Shown piece by piece: positions 20,128 through 29,329 of a stretch of 64,000 nt of DNA. The stretch's first letter is position 1, and the number at the start of each line of letters is the position of its first letter. A program made the position numbers and the translations under genes. This DNA comes from Syntrophobacteraceae bacterium. Its GTDB lineage: Bacteria > Desulfobacterota > Syntrophobacteria > Syntrophobacterales > Syntrophobacteraceae. The notes beneath the pieces are model-generated. The model made no database searches and had not been told where the DNA came from. It saw nothing but the letters and a program-made list of their open reading frames with translations. Location of the stretch: positions 16,470-80,469 of the forward strand of contig PXBG01000120.1 in assembly GCA_003566995.1 (NCBI GenBank), given 5' to 3'.

Positions 20128-21924
20128 TCACTCCTCATTGGTGCGAAGAACAGACACGAAGGCACTCTGGGGAATTTCCACAGACCCCACCATCTTCATG
20201 CGAAGCTTCCCTTTTTTCTGTTTTTCCAAAAGCTTGCGCTTGCGGGAGATGTCTCCGCCATAGCACTTGGCGGTCACATCCTTTCTAAAGGCGGAAACGG
20301 TGGACCGGGAGATGACCTTTCCTCCGATGGCCCCCTGAATGGCCACTTTGAACTGATGGCGGGGGATTTCATCCCTGAGCCGATCGCACACGTGAACGCC
20401 CCATTCCCGCGCACGTTCCTTGTGCACGATCATGGAGAGGGCGTCCACCTTCTCCCCGTTGACCAGAAAGTCCAGCTTCACCAGGTCGCTCACCCGGTAT
20501 TCGGTCACTTCATAATCGAAGGAACCGTAACCCTGTGTGACGGTCTTGAGCCGGTCGTAAAAGTCGTAGATGACTTCCGCCAGGGGCATGTCCAGGGTCA
20601 CTTCGATGCGTCCCGGTGTGGGGTAGCTCATGCGGGGATTGCTCGCACGCCGCTCCATGCAAAGCTTCATCACGGCTCCCATGTAGCGCTCGGGAATGAT
20701 GATGGAAGCCCTGATGAAGGGTTCCAGGGCCGTTTTTATCTTCTGCTGGTCGGGATAGTATTGCGGATTGTCCACCACCACCTCACTGTCGTCCTCCAGA
20801 TTGAAGCGGTACTGAACACTTGGCACGGTCATGATGATGGACTGGTCGTATTCCCGTTCCAAACGCATCTGAACGATTTCCAGGTGCAGGAGTCCCAGAA
20901 ATCCGCAGCGAAATCCCTGGCCCAGAGCGGCCGATGAATCTTTTTGAAATTCCAGAGAAGCGTCATTGAGTTTGAACTTGGCCAGGGCTTCGGCCAGGGA
21001 GAGGTAATCCTCCGAAGTGATGGGGTAAATGGACGAGAAGACGACGGGCTTGGCTTCCTTGAACCCGGGAAGAGGAGTCGCAGCCGGTCTGTTGTCCAGC
21101 GTGATGGTGTCCCCAACCCGTGTGTCGCTGACCGTCTTCACCCCCGATATGATGTAGCCCACCTCCCCCGTGGCCAGCTGTTTTCGAGGTTCCCTTCGCA
21201 AACGGAACACACCCACTTCTTCCACCTTGTAGGTGGCTTGATTGTGCATGAAGCGAATCACATCCCCAGGCTTCACCGCGCCATCAAAGACACGGCAGCT
21301 CACGATGGTCCCCCGGTAGGGATCATAATTGGCATCGAAGATGAGCGCCGCCAGTTCCCCCTTTTCATTCCCGTTCGGGGGGGGGATTTTGGAAATGATG
21401 GCCTCAAAGACATCGCCGATGCCAATGCCCTCCTTGGCCGAGCAGAGGATGGCATCGTCCGAGTCCAACCCCAGCTCCGTTTCAATCTGTTCCCTCACCA
21501 TGTCCAAATCCGCCGAAGGCAGGTCGATCTTGTTGATCACGGGAATGATGACCAGATCCTGCTCCATGGCCGCATAAAGATTGGCCAGCGTCTGAGCCTG
21601 CACCCCCTGGGAAGCGTCCACCAGGAGAAGCACTCCCTCGCAGGAGGCCAGAGCCCGTGACACTTCATAGGAAAAATCCACGTGGCCGGGAGTGTCGATG
21701 AGATTGAGGTCATATTCCTTGCCGTCTCTGGCCGGAAAGCGCAGAGAAATGGTCTGGCTTTTGATGGTGATGCCCCGTTCCCGTTCGATATCCATGGTGT
21801 CGAGCATCTGGTCACGGAACTCTCTTTCTGTCACCATGTGCACGTGTTGAATCATGCGGTCGGCAAGGGTGGACTTTCCGTGATCTATGTGAGCGATGAT
21901 GCTGAAATTTCTTATCCTTTGCAT
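20128..21924 (-). CDS. lepA: Elongation factor 4
   Basis: MQRIRNFSIIAHIDHGKSTLADR..., DTPGHVDF, NKIDL. Start chosen by similarity to the canonical LepA N-terminus. The track ORF extends to 21996. Confidence 0.9.
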   Translation of the reverse strand: MQRIRNFSIIAHIDHGKSTLADRMIQHVHMVTEREFRDQMLDTMDIERERGITIKSQTISLRFPARDGKEYDLNLIDTPGHVDFSYEVSRALASCEGVLLLVDASQGVQAQTLANLYAAMEQDLVIIPVINKIDLPSADLDMVREQIETELGLDSDDAILCSAKEGIGIGDVFEAIISKIPPPNGNEKGELAALIFDANYDPYRGTIVSCRVFDGAVKPGDVIRFMHNQATYKVEEVGVFRLRREPRKQLATGEVGYIISGVKTVSDTRVGDTITLDNRPAATPLPGFKEAKPVVFSSIYPITSEDYLSLAEALAKFKLNDASLEFQKDSSAALGQGFRCGFLGLLHLEIVQMRLEREYDQSIIMTVPSVQYRFNLEDDSEVVVDNPQYYPDQQKIKTALEPFIRASIIIPERYMGAVMKLCMERRASNPRMSYPTPGRIEVTLDMPLAEVIYDFYDRLKTVTQGYGSFDYEVTEYRVSDLVKLDFLVNGEKVDALSMIVHKERAREWGVHVCDRLRDEIPRHQFKVAIQGAIGGKVISRSTVSAFRKDVTAKCYGGDISRKRKLLEKQKKGKLRMKMVGSVEIPQSAFVSVLRTNEE

Positions 21925-22239
21925 ACGCCTGAACTTCATCCTCCGGGTGGGTTTTGATAAATAGCGAAAACAGCTGTTTAGAATACCCCATTCCAATCGA
22001 AGGGTAAACCACTATCCGCCACTATCCGCCTCATGAGCACACCCTGAATCTTTCCTCAAGCTTCATGATTTTTCGGCCGCCCCGTCCAATTCACCATGGA
22101 CACAGAGGTCCTGTCATAGTAAGAAAGCGGGTCATGGGAAGGACTCGGTGGACTCAAAAGAGCCGCAAAAAACCTTCGTTCAAAAAAGCTGCTGCAGTGA
22201 TCTTTTCTACTCTCAATGATTTCCTTAAGGAGGAGTTAC

Positions 22240-22563
22240 ATGAAAAAAATTGCTCCATTGAGCCTGGCATTCCTGATCATCGTGTTCATGGCTTCATGCA
22301 ACATGAAGGAAGGCTTGAGCCTCACCGGCAAGTGGCAGAGCATGGACACGGATCAGATCGTCGAATTCACCCGCGATGGAATGATGGTGACCACCATGGA
22401 CGGCAAAACGAACCAGGTCGGCTACACCCTCGTGAACAACAGCACCATCGAGTTTTTCATGGACGAGGTGAAGCTGGGCACCTTCGATCTTCGCGTGGAC
22501 CGCAGCGTCCTGACCCTGGTGGATGCTTCGGGAAAAGAGCACAAATATGAAAAAACCTGGTGA
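22240..22563 (+). CDS. Small lipoprotein, unknown function
   Basis: MKKIAPLSLAFLIIVFMASC lipobox. ATG at 22240 is preceded by GGAGGAG. Confidence 0.65.
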   Translation: MKKIAPLSLAFLIIVFMASCNMKEGLSLTGKWQSMDTDQIVEFTRDGMMVTTMDGKTNQVGYTLVNNSTIEFFMDEVKLGTFDLRVDRSVLTLVDASGKEHKYEKTW

Positions 22564-22605
22564 TCCGGACGAAACGACAAATTTTACCCAGCTGGAAAGT
22601 TGACC

Positions 22606-23022
22606 ATGGATTCGCAAGCGTTGCTCAACGACCTGACGGAAGCCCTCATCAGCGGATGGGCTGTTACCCCGACGGGAACCGGTTTTCTCATCACCACCGA
22701 CTGGACCTGGCCCAATGGGCACGCCATCGAGATTTATGTGCGGAACGTCAGTGAGGGCGATTCACTCTTTCTGGTGACGGACGGGGGCGAACTCTTCAAC
22801 AATTTTTTTCTTGAGGGTCTTGATTTTACGAGTGAAACCGCCACCATTCACACCGTGAAACAAATGGCCCAAAGCCACGGAACGGAACTCGTGGAATACC
22901 AGATCGCCAAAGGAGCCAATGACTCCAATCTGGGACTCAGCATTCGGGAAATGCTCGAAGCCGTCAAGGAGATTTCCTTTTATCTCTGGCAGCGGATGGG
23001 AGAAAACACTCTCAAGCATTGA
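22606..23022 (+). CDS. Hypothetical protein, DUF1828-like (family assignment from memory)
   Basis: Track ORF 22600..23022 with ATG at 22606. The WPNGHAIEIYV...LFLVTDGGE pattern resembles DUF1828. Followed by a strong terminator. Confidence 0.5.
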   Translation: MDSQALLNDLTEALISGWAVTPTGTGFLITTDWTWPNGHAIEIYVRNVSEGDSLFLVTDGGELFNNFFLEGLDFTSETATIHTVKQMAQSHGTELVEYQIAKGANDSNLGLSIREMLEAVKEISFYLWQRMGENTLKH

Positions 23023-23038
23023 AAGCATTTGCAAAAAA

Positions 23039-23070
23039 CAGCCACCCTTTGCAGGGTGGCTGTTTTTTTT
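23039..23070. terminator. Bidirectional rho-independent terminator
   Basis: CAGCCACCCT-TTGC-AGGGTGGCTG (10-bp stem) flanked by A6 upstream and T8 downstream. Lies between convergent genes. Confidence 0.85.
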
Positions 23071-23074
23071 GAAT

Positions 23075-25270
23075 TCACTGGGGCAAAGTGATGTCCAGAA
23101 TCACCTGACCCTGGTCACTTCGCCGAAACCTCACCAGGCCCTGATGTTTGTGGATCACCATCTTGGCGAGAGGAAGGTCCAGTTGCTTGCTTCGCTCCGA
23201 CTGAGCGGTGAAGGGATAGAAGAAATGCTCGAGGTCGTCATCGGAGACGGAGGCGCCCTGAAGGACAATCTCCACATGTACGGTGTTTTCACCCGCGTAG
23301 CTTCGCACCTGCAGTCTGTTCCCGGGCTGACAGAGGAAAAGCATTCCCTTGAGGATGTTTTCCATGGCCGTTTTGTAAAGGACCGGGTCCAATGAGACAA
23401 GAGGAAGGTTCCTGGCCATGCTCGCCTTGAAACTCACCTGATTTTCTTCGAAAACCTCCTCCAATTCCTCCAGAGTTCCAATGATCAGATCATTCACGGA
23501 CTGTCTCTCGGAGAGAATCTCAAAAGGCTTCAGATAGGCGATGGTTTTCTCGAGAATTTTCTCCAGCCGGGCCACTTCCTGCACGATGATCCGCACCTTC
23601 TCCCTGTTGGGGTCCTCCTCTGAAAGACTGTTGAGCAACCTGCGGGCAAAACCTCCCGCAGCCACCAGAGGATTTCGAATTTCGTGAGCCAGGCGGGCAG
23701 AGATTTCATTGAGGGTGCGCAGTTCTTCCGTCTGAATGATCTGCTTTTGAAGGCAGTGCCGGTCCGTCACGTCCATGAAGTAACCATCCACCGTTTCCAC
23801 ACTGCCCTTTTCGTCCAAAACGGGAATGGCCCGATCCATGACAAAGACGAACCTTCCCGTGGTGTCCTGAATTCTGTATTCGGCCTTGAATTCGTCACCC
23901 CCTTCGAGGCATCGGTCCATGAGAGGCCACACACGGGGCCTGTCCTCCACCCAGACTTTTTCCTTCCAGAAGTGAGGGTTGCTCAGCACATCCCGGAAAC
24001 TGACACCGAGCACCTCTTCCACATAATGATTGACAAAAATGGTTCGGCCATCCCCCAAAAGCCTGTAAACCACGAGAGGCACATTCTCCACCAGCGTTCT
24101 GTGCTTTTCCTCCGACTCGCGCAGCGCCCTGGTGCGAGAATGCACCATGGTCTCAAGATTTTCCGTGTATTCCTGAATTTTTAAACGGGATTTGTACAGG
24201 GAGACGAGCATTTCCTCCAGCGCTTCCGCCAACACTCGCAACTCCCCCCGGGGAGAAGTGGTGAGGGGAGTGACCTGTTCTTCCTTGGCGATTTGCCGTG
24301 CAAAAGTCACCATTTCGTTGATGGGCCGAGTGAAATAAGCGCTGATGAGATAAATGGCGCCCACAGAAAAGAGCATGCCGATGATGCCCACCGTCCACAT
24401 GAGATTGCGGTAATAACTCATGACGGCAAGGGTCTGGGATCGCTCCACGCAAAGCTCCACAAGGGCGAGTCTTTTACCCTTGTAGTCCTCGACGGTGCGC
24501 ACGAGCACAGCGTAAGGGGTGCCATCGATCATCTTGTTCACGATGACCGGATTGCCGTCTTCGTAAACCTGGCGGTAGGCAGGATGGTCGCGAACCACAG
24601 GAGAGAGAAAGGTGGTGGCAAAGCTCTCGAACCGCTCCCCCGTTTCATCGGGATTGAGAAGAGAGGCTTCTATGTCGAATTGCTTGTGCAGTTCTTCAAG
24701 AAAGATGACGCCGAAATCGAACCCCACTTCCACGGTGCCCACCAGGCGCTCTCCATGAAAGACAGGGGCCACCCCCCGTATGCCATGACCTGTCATTCCC
24801 GTCTCCAGGCCATAGGTTTCCCTCTGAAGAAAAACAGTGGTCAGAATGGTCTCCCGGTCTCTCAGGTCATCCCCAAAGGAGTAGAGCCGGTGCAGTCGAA
24901 GAAACATGCGGGGTTCAGGAGTGTGAAAATTGAACTGGCTGATTCCATAGGTATTCTTCATGAACAGGTAGGAGGGATAGGAAAGCTCGAGCAACCGAAG
25001 GCGATCCCGGTCCGCCAGAGCGGAAGCCACCTCGGGGTTGCGTGCAAAACTGGAGGCCACACTCACGGCCCAACGGCCCTGAAGATCCCGGTTGTGATCC
25101 AGAGCGCGCCCATACCCGTAGAGGCGCTGGCGTTCCTCCTCACGGATCACCTCTCTCTGGCTGAGAAGGGCAAGAATCACAAGGAGCAAAGTGCCGGTGA
25201 GAGCGAGAAAGAAGAAGGGAATGCTCAGGCGATAGCGAAGGGGCATGTCACGGAGCTTTGTAATCACCAT
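23075..25270 (-). CDS. Sensor histidine kinase (Cache-like periplasmic domain, HAMP, PAS, HisKA, HATPase); no adjacent response regulator
   Basis: H-box LAHEIRNPL. TM segments flank an approximately 260-aa extracytoplasmic region. ATG at 25270 is preceded by AAGGAG. Confidence 0.85.
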   Translation of the reverse strand: MVITKLRDMPLRYRLSIPFFFLALTGTLLLVILALLSQREVIREEERQRLYGYGRALDHNRDLQGRWAVSVASSFARNPEVASALADRDRLRLLELSYPSYLFMKNTYGISQFNFHTPEPRMFLRLHRLYSFGDDLRDRETILTTVFLQRETYGLETGMTGHGIRGVAPVFHGERLVGTVEVGFDFGVIFLEELHKQFDIEASLLNPDETGERFESFATTFLSPVVRDHPAYRQVYEDGNPVIVNKMIDGTPYAVLVRTVEDYKGKRLALVELCVERSQTLAVMSYYRNLMWTVGIIGMLFSVGAIYLISAYFTRPINEMVTFARQIAKEEQVTPLTTSPRGELRVLAEALEEMLVSLYKSRLKIQEYTENLETMVHSRTRALRESEEKHRTLVENVPLVVYRLLGDGRTIFVNHYVEEVLGVSFRDVLSNPHFWKEKVWVEDRPRVWPLMDRCLEGGDEFKAEYRIQDTTGRFVFVMDRAIPVLDEKGSVETVDGYFMDVTDRHCLQKQIIQTEELRTLNEISARLAHEIRNPLVAAGGFARRLLNSLSEEDPNREKVRIIVQEVARLEKILEKTIAYLKPFEILSERQSVNDLIIGTLEELEEVFEENQVSFKASMARNLPLVSLDPVLYKTAMENILKGMLFLCQPGNRLQVRSYAGENTVHVEIVLQGASVSDDDLEHFFYPFTAQSERSKQLDLPLAKMVIHKHQGLVRFRRSDQGQVILDITLPQ

Positions 25271-25533
25271 GCCGCTCCTTTGATGAAAAGGGCCGTTCGC
25301 TGAAGACTGACGGCCGGTGCCCCCCATTTCTCGGAAAAAATGGCAGTCACCCTGCGCCGCGCGGAAGTGTTTTTATGACAGGAAGCAATGAAAACACCTT
25401 TGCAAAAGAGTCAGAAAGAGGACCGGGTCTTTCCAGAGATGATTTCAAAGCAGGCGATTCCCCCTCAATGAGCCGAAACCGCCCGCCCCGTCCAGGAACC
25501 CTTTTCCGGTTCAGCACCTCCGGACAAATGCAA

Positions 25534-26946
25534 TCAATTTTCGCCTTCCTGCTGCATATACGCAAGTGCTTTTCGCATTCTTTTCAAAACAATGTTTTTC
25601 CCGAGAACCGCCATGACCTCAAAAAGACCCGGGCTGACCGTCCCCCCCGTCAAAGCCACACGAACCGGCTGGGCCACCTTTCCGAATTTCATGTTCAGTT
25701 CGGCCACAATCACCCTTTCAAAAATCTTTTCAAGGGCGGGTTCATCGAAATTTTCCGCCTTTTCCAGAGCTTCCACGAGTCTTTGAAAAGGATCGACCAT
25801 CCCCGGCTTGAGGAATTTTTTTGCTGCGCCCTCATCATAGGTGATTTCGTCCAGCATATAGAAGTTCATGCTCTCAGCCATCTCCACAAGAGTTTTGGAG
25901 CGCTGTTGCAATGTGCGCACGGCCCGGGCAATGTAATGGGGGTCTTTGGGGGGGTACCCCAGGGATTCAAGGAAAGGCTTAAGAAGGGGGACAAGCTGCT
26001 CCGGGTCCGATTCCTTGATGTAATGGGCGTTGAGCCACAGAAGCTTTTCGGGATTGTACACGCTGGCGGACTTGCCCACGCTTTCAAGGCTGAATTTTTC
26101 CACGAGTTCCTGCAGGGTGAAAATTTCCTGGTCCCCGTGAGACCAGCCAAGGCGTACCAGGTAATTGATCAGGCTTTGGGGCAGGTACCCCATTTCCCTG
26201 TAGGCCATCACGGAAGTCGCTCCATGGCGCTTGGACATGCGGGCACGATCGGGGCCAAGAATCATGGGCACATGGCCAAAGGAGGGCAAGGGCTCCCCCA
26301 GGGCCCGGTAGAGGAGAATCTGCCGTGGCGTGTTGTTCACATGATCATCCCCCCTGATGACATGGGAAATGTTCATGGTGATGTCATCGACCACCACTGC
26401 GAAATTATAGGTTGGAATGCCGTCGCTTCTGCGGAGAACCAGGTCGTCGAGTTCTGCGTTGTCAAAAAAAATGGGGCCTTTGATGAGATCGTTCACCACG
26501 GTGGTCCCCCCGTGGGGGCAGCGGAAGCGGACCACCCGGTGAGAGCCGGGACCAAAGCCTCGATCCCTGCATCGACCATCATATTTAGGCTTGCGTCCTT
26601 CCGCCATGGCAGCTTTTCTGCGGGCATCCAGATCTTCCGGTGAGCAGTCACAGTAATACGCGTGGCCGCTGTTCAGGAGCTTTTGAAGATGGTCTTCGTA
26701 AAGATCGAACCTTTCTTTCTGATAATAAGGCCCCGCATCCCAGTCCATTCCCAGCCATTCCATGGCATCCAGTATGGCTTTGACCGACTGATCCGTTGAG
26801 CGGACCTGATCCGTGTCTTCAATTCTCAAAATGAAGGAACCACTGTGATGGCGGGCAAAAAGCCAGTTGAACAATGCGGTTCTCGCCCCTCCGATGTGAA
26901 GGTATCCCGTAGGGCTTGGGGCAAATCGTGTGATGACCGGTTCCAT
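25534..26946 (-). CDS. gltX: Glutamate--tRNA ligase
   Basis: MEPVITRFAPSPTGYLHIGGARTALFNW (HIGH motif) and KMSKRHG (KMSKS motif). Internal ATG at 26946. Confidence 0.92.
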   Translation of the reverse strand: MEPVITRFAPSPTGYLHIGGARTALFNWLFARHHSGSFILRIEDTDQVRSTDQSVKAILDAMEWLGMDWDAGPYYQKERFDLYEDHLQKLLNSGHAYYCDCSPEDLDARRKAAMAEGRKPKYDGRCRDRGFGPGSHRVVRFRCPHGGTTVVNDLIKGPIFFDNAELDDLVLRRSDGIPTYNFAVVVDDITMNISHVIRGDDHVNNTPRQILLYRALGEPLPSFGHVPMILGPDRARMSKRHGATSVMAYREMGYLPQSLINYLVRLGWSHGDQEIFTLQELVEKFSLESVGKSASVYNPEKLLWLNAHYIKESDPEQLVPLLKPFLESLGYPPKDPHYIARAVRTLQQRSKTLVEMAESMNFYMLDEITYDEGAAKKFLKPGMVDPFQRLVEALEKAENFDEPALEKIFERVIVAELNMKFGKVAQPVRVALTGGTVSPGLFEVMAVLGKNIVLKRMRKALAYMQQEGEN

Positions 26947-27334
26947 GATCCAGATTCTCCTGTTGATCGACATAAAAGGCAATGAAAGCACGCGATGGCA
27001 TAGCACAATCCCATGGCAAACTCAAGGAGGACAAAATGAAGGACAAATGGCCCGGCTCCAGAGAACGCAAAGGGGCGACCGCGCCACTGAAGCATTTTTG
27101 GAAAAACGCGTTCCAGAAACGCGGAGGAAGACGGAAGAGAGGAAAAGGAATTTGAAACTTGCAGTTTTTTCAGCCGTCTGACAGTATATGCGACATTTTG
27201 AAATGTGCCGGTGAAAAGGTTTGGCTGTTGACCTCAAGGAAAAACATTGATATGGGGCAAGTCCCTTCTGAAATGTTGGGGGTTTGGGGCCTTTGAGCCC
27301 CCATTTGAAAGGATGAAAAACGAGGATTTTTCCA

Positions 27335-27838
27335 ATGAAAAAAACTTTATTCCTTTTTCTCTGTTTTTTTATGTCCCTCGCCTTCCTTGGCTGCGGAACC
27401 ACCCGCGAGGAAACCATGTACAGAGCGGAACCCCCTGTTGCTGTCGACACCAAAGTCCGGGTGACAGACGTGTCCAACAAAACGGGTGAGATTTTCGATG
27501 TGGACCTGATCGGAAACCTGTGGGATGCCCTCGATGCATCCCTCTACCAGAGAGGGATGCTCTGGGATGGAAGACCCGGCGGGCAGCCCCTGGAATTGCA
27601 TGCGGAAATTCTGGAATACCAGAAAGGAAGTTTTTACCTGCGGAACATCATCCCCCCCTGGGGAAGAACCTCCATCAAGGCGCGCTGCACCCTCAAGGAC
27701 GGCGACCGGGTGGTCGCGTCATCGGAAACCGTCCAAACCATCACTCTGGGGGATGGTTCCTTCACCACCAACGCATGGAGAGAAGTCTTCAAGCATGCCG
27801 CTGAAGACCTCGTCACACAGATGATTGCAAAACTTTAG
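27335..27838 (+). CDS. Lipoprotein, unknown function
   Basis: MKKTLFLFLCFFMSLAFLGC lipobox. GAGGA SD. Confidence 0.65.
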   Translation: MKKTLFLFLCFFMSLAFLGCGTTREETMYRAEPPVAVDTKVRVTDVSNKTGEIFDVDLIGNLWDALDASLYQRGMLWDGRPGGQPLELHAEILEYQKGSFYLRNIIPPWGRTSIKARCTLKDGDRVVASSETVQTITLGDGSFTTNAWREVFKHAAEDLVTQMIAKL

Positions 27839-27889
27839 AGACTCCCCGGCCCCGTGGCGAGGCACACACAGTGGCTCATTCAAAAACCC

Positions 27890-27917
27890 TTGACAGCCTG
27901 GCTCGAACTTTTATACT
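27890..27917 (+). promoter_or_regulatory. Near-consensus sigma-70 promoter for yceD-rpmF
   Basis: TTGACA (27890-27895), 16-nt spacer, TATACT (27912-27917), about 40 nt upstream of the yceD ATG. Confidence 0.5.
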
Positions 27918-27956
27918 AAATGTTTCGCAAAAATAAACCATCAACAAAGGGGAGCC

Positions 27957-28511
27957 ATGCGCATACGCGTTGACGAGATACCGGAATCGGGGCGGTCTCT
28001 TCGCTTTCAGTGGAGCCAGGAAGATTTGTCCCGTTTCCTGCCGCCCGATGATCCTTTTGAAATCAAGCTTGCGCAGCCCATTCATGTGCGCATGGAACTG
28101 CAGAAGCGGCCTGATCACGTGGAAGTCACGGGAAAAATCTCCGGGACGGTCCAGGTGATTTGCCATCGGTGCCTCGCCCCGTTTTTGTTCGTTTTAGAGG
28201 AAGTCATTGACCTGGTGATGGTTCGAGAGGAAGACGTTCCCGAGCAGGAAGAAACGGAATTGGAGGAAGAAGAGCTTGAGTTCGACTTTTTTGACGGGGA
28301 AGTGATCGACTTCGACCACCTCGTTGCGGAACAGGTCTTCCTGGCCCTTCCGGTCAAAACACTCTGCTCGCACAATTGCCGAGGCATCTGTCCGGGCTGC
28401 GGCAGGAATCTCAACGAGGAGCAGTGTGCCTGCTCCCAGGAGACCGAATCCTCCCCTTTCAGCAAGCTGGAAGAAGTGAAATCCAAGCTGCCTCCCCAGG
28501 GCCGGGAATGA
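27957..28511 (+). CDS. yceD: YceD/DUF177 family protein
   Basis: Conserved position upstream of rpmF. C-terminal CSHNCRGICPGCGRNLNEEQCAC motif. Confidence 0.85.
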   Translation: MRIRVDEIPESGRSLRFQWSQEDLSRFLPPDDPFEIKLAQPIHVRMELQKRPDHVEVTGKISGTVQVICHRCLAPFLFVLEEVIDLVMVREEDVPEQEETELEEEELEFDFFDGEVIDFDHLVAEQVFLALPVKTLCSHNCRGICPGCGRNLNEEQCACSQETESSPFSKLEEVKSKLPPQGRE

Positions 28512-28595
28512 GGGAGAGGGGAAGCATCCCCGCGGACGGATTTTGTGATTATTTTCGTTAAGTGTTCCTGATACTTTCTTTTCAAGGAGATTCAA

Positions 28596-28778
28596 ATGGC
28601 AGTCCCCAAACGCAAAGTGTCCAAAGCACGCCGCGACAAGCGGAATGCTCACAGGGCCTTGTCCTTGCCCGCCCTATCCCGTTGTCCTCAGTGCAACGAG
28701 CAAAGGTTGCCCCACCGCGTGTGCCCCAGCTGCGGCCACTACAAAGGCCGCACGGTCATGGAGTTTGACGAGGAATAG
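28596..28778 (+). CDS. rpmF: 50S ribosomal protein L32
   Basis: [19 protein letters not shown]... with CPQC...CPSCG zinc ribbon. Confidence 0.95.
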   Translation: MAVPKRKVSKARRDKRNAHRALSLPALSRCPQCNEQRLPHRVCPSCGHYKGRTVMEFDEE

Positions 28779-29030
28779 GGCACCTGCTGGATAAGGGTTG
28801 ATCTTCGCACCGCCTCCATGCGACCAGAAGGTTCCATGTTGGTTTGAGTCCAGTGTTGTCAGGATGGGGCAGGCCGAAGTGAAGGCGCTTCATGGGCGCA
28901 CCCGAAATGCACCTGAGTTTAGGGGCACGTGCTCACGTGAGACGTCTTGAACAAACGCTTCCCCGTCTATCACCACAGTGCATGGGCTTTGGGTTCGAAA
29001 GCGGTGGTTACTGCAGGCCAACCGGCACGC

Positions 29031-29069
29031 AAAAAAAGAAGGGGGTGTCTGTTCCGAATCGCCCCTTCA
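29031..29069 (-). terminator. Orphan terminator-like hairpin oriented on the minus strand
   Basis: Minus strand reads GAAGGGG-(17 nt loop)-CCCCTTC followed by T7. No minus-strand gene lies upstream of it. Confidence 0.35.
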
Positions 29070-29236
29070 AATCCCACGACATGCCACCCATCCTTTCGCA
29101 CCATAAAAACGTGAGTTCGAAACATCATCCCGAAATGAATCCCGAGTCCCGGAAGGTTCATGGTTGCCTGCGGCCGCCTATGGCCCTGTAGGATCTGCGA
29201 CGCCGGCAGCATTTTCTGCACCATTGCATGCATGGC

Positions 29237-29272
29237 TTGACACTGCTTTCGCCCTCAATAGCAGGGCGTCAA
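29237..29272. promoter_or_regulatory. Imperfect inverted repeat TTGACaCTGCT...AGCAGggcGTCAA upstream of the acyl-CoA dehydrogenase gene; includes a TTGACA -35-like hexamer
   Basis: Read directly from the sequence, 58-93 nt upstream of the GTG start at 29330. Confidence 0.3.
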
Positions 29273-29329
29273 TACCCGAAAGCTATCCCCACCTTCGAGC
29301 TGAACGAAGGCGAATGAGGAGAAATCACT

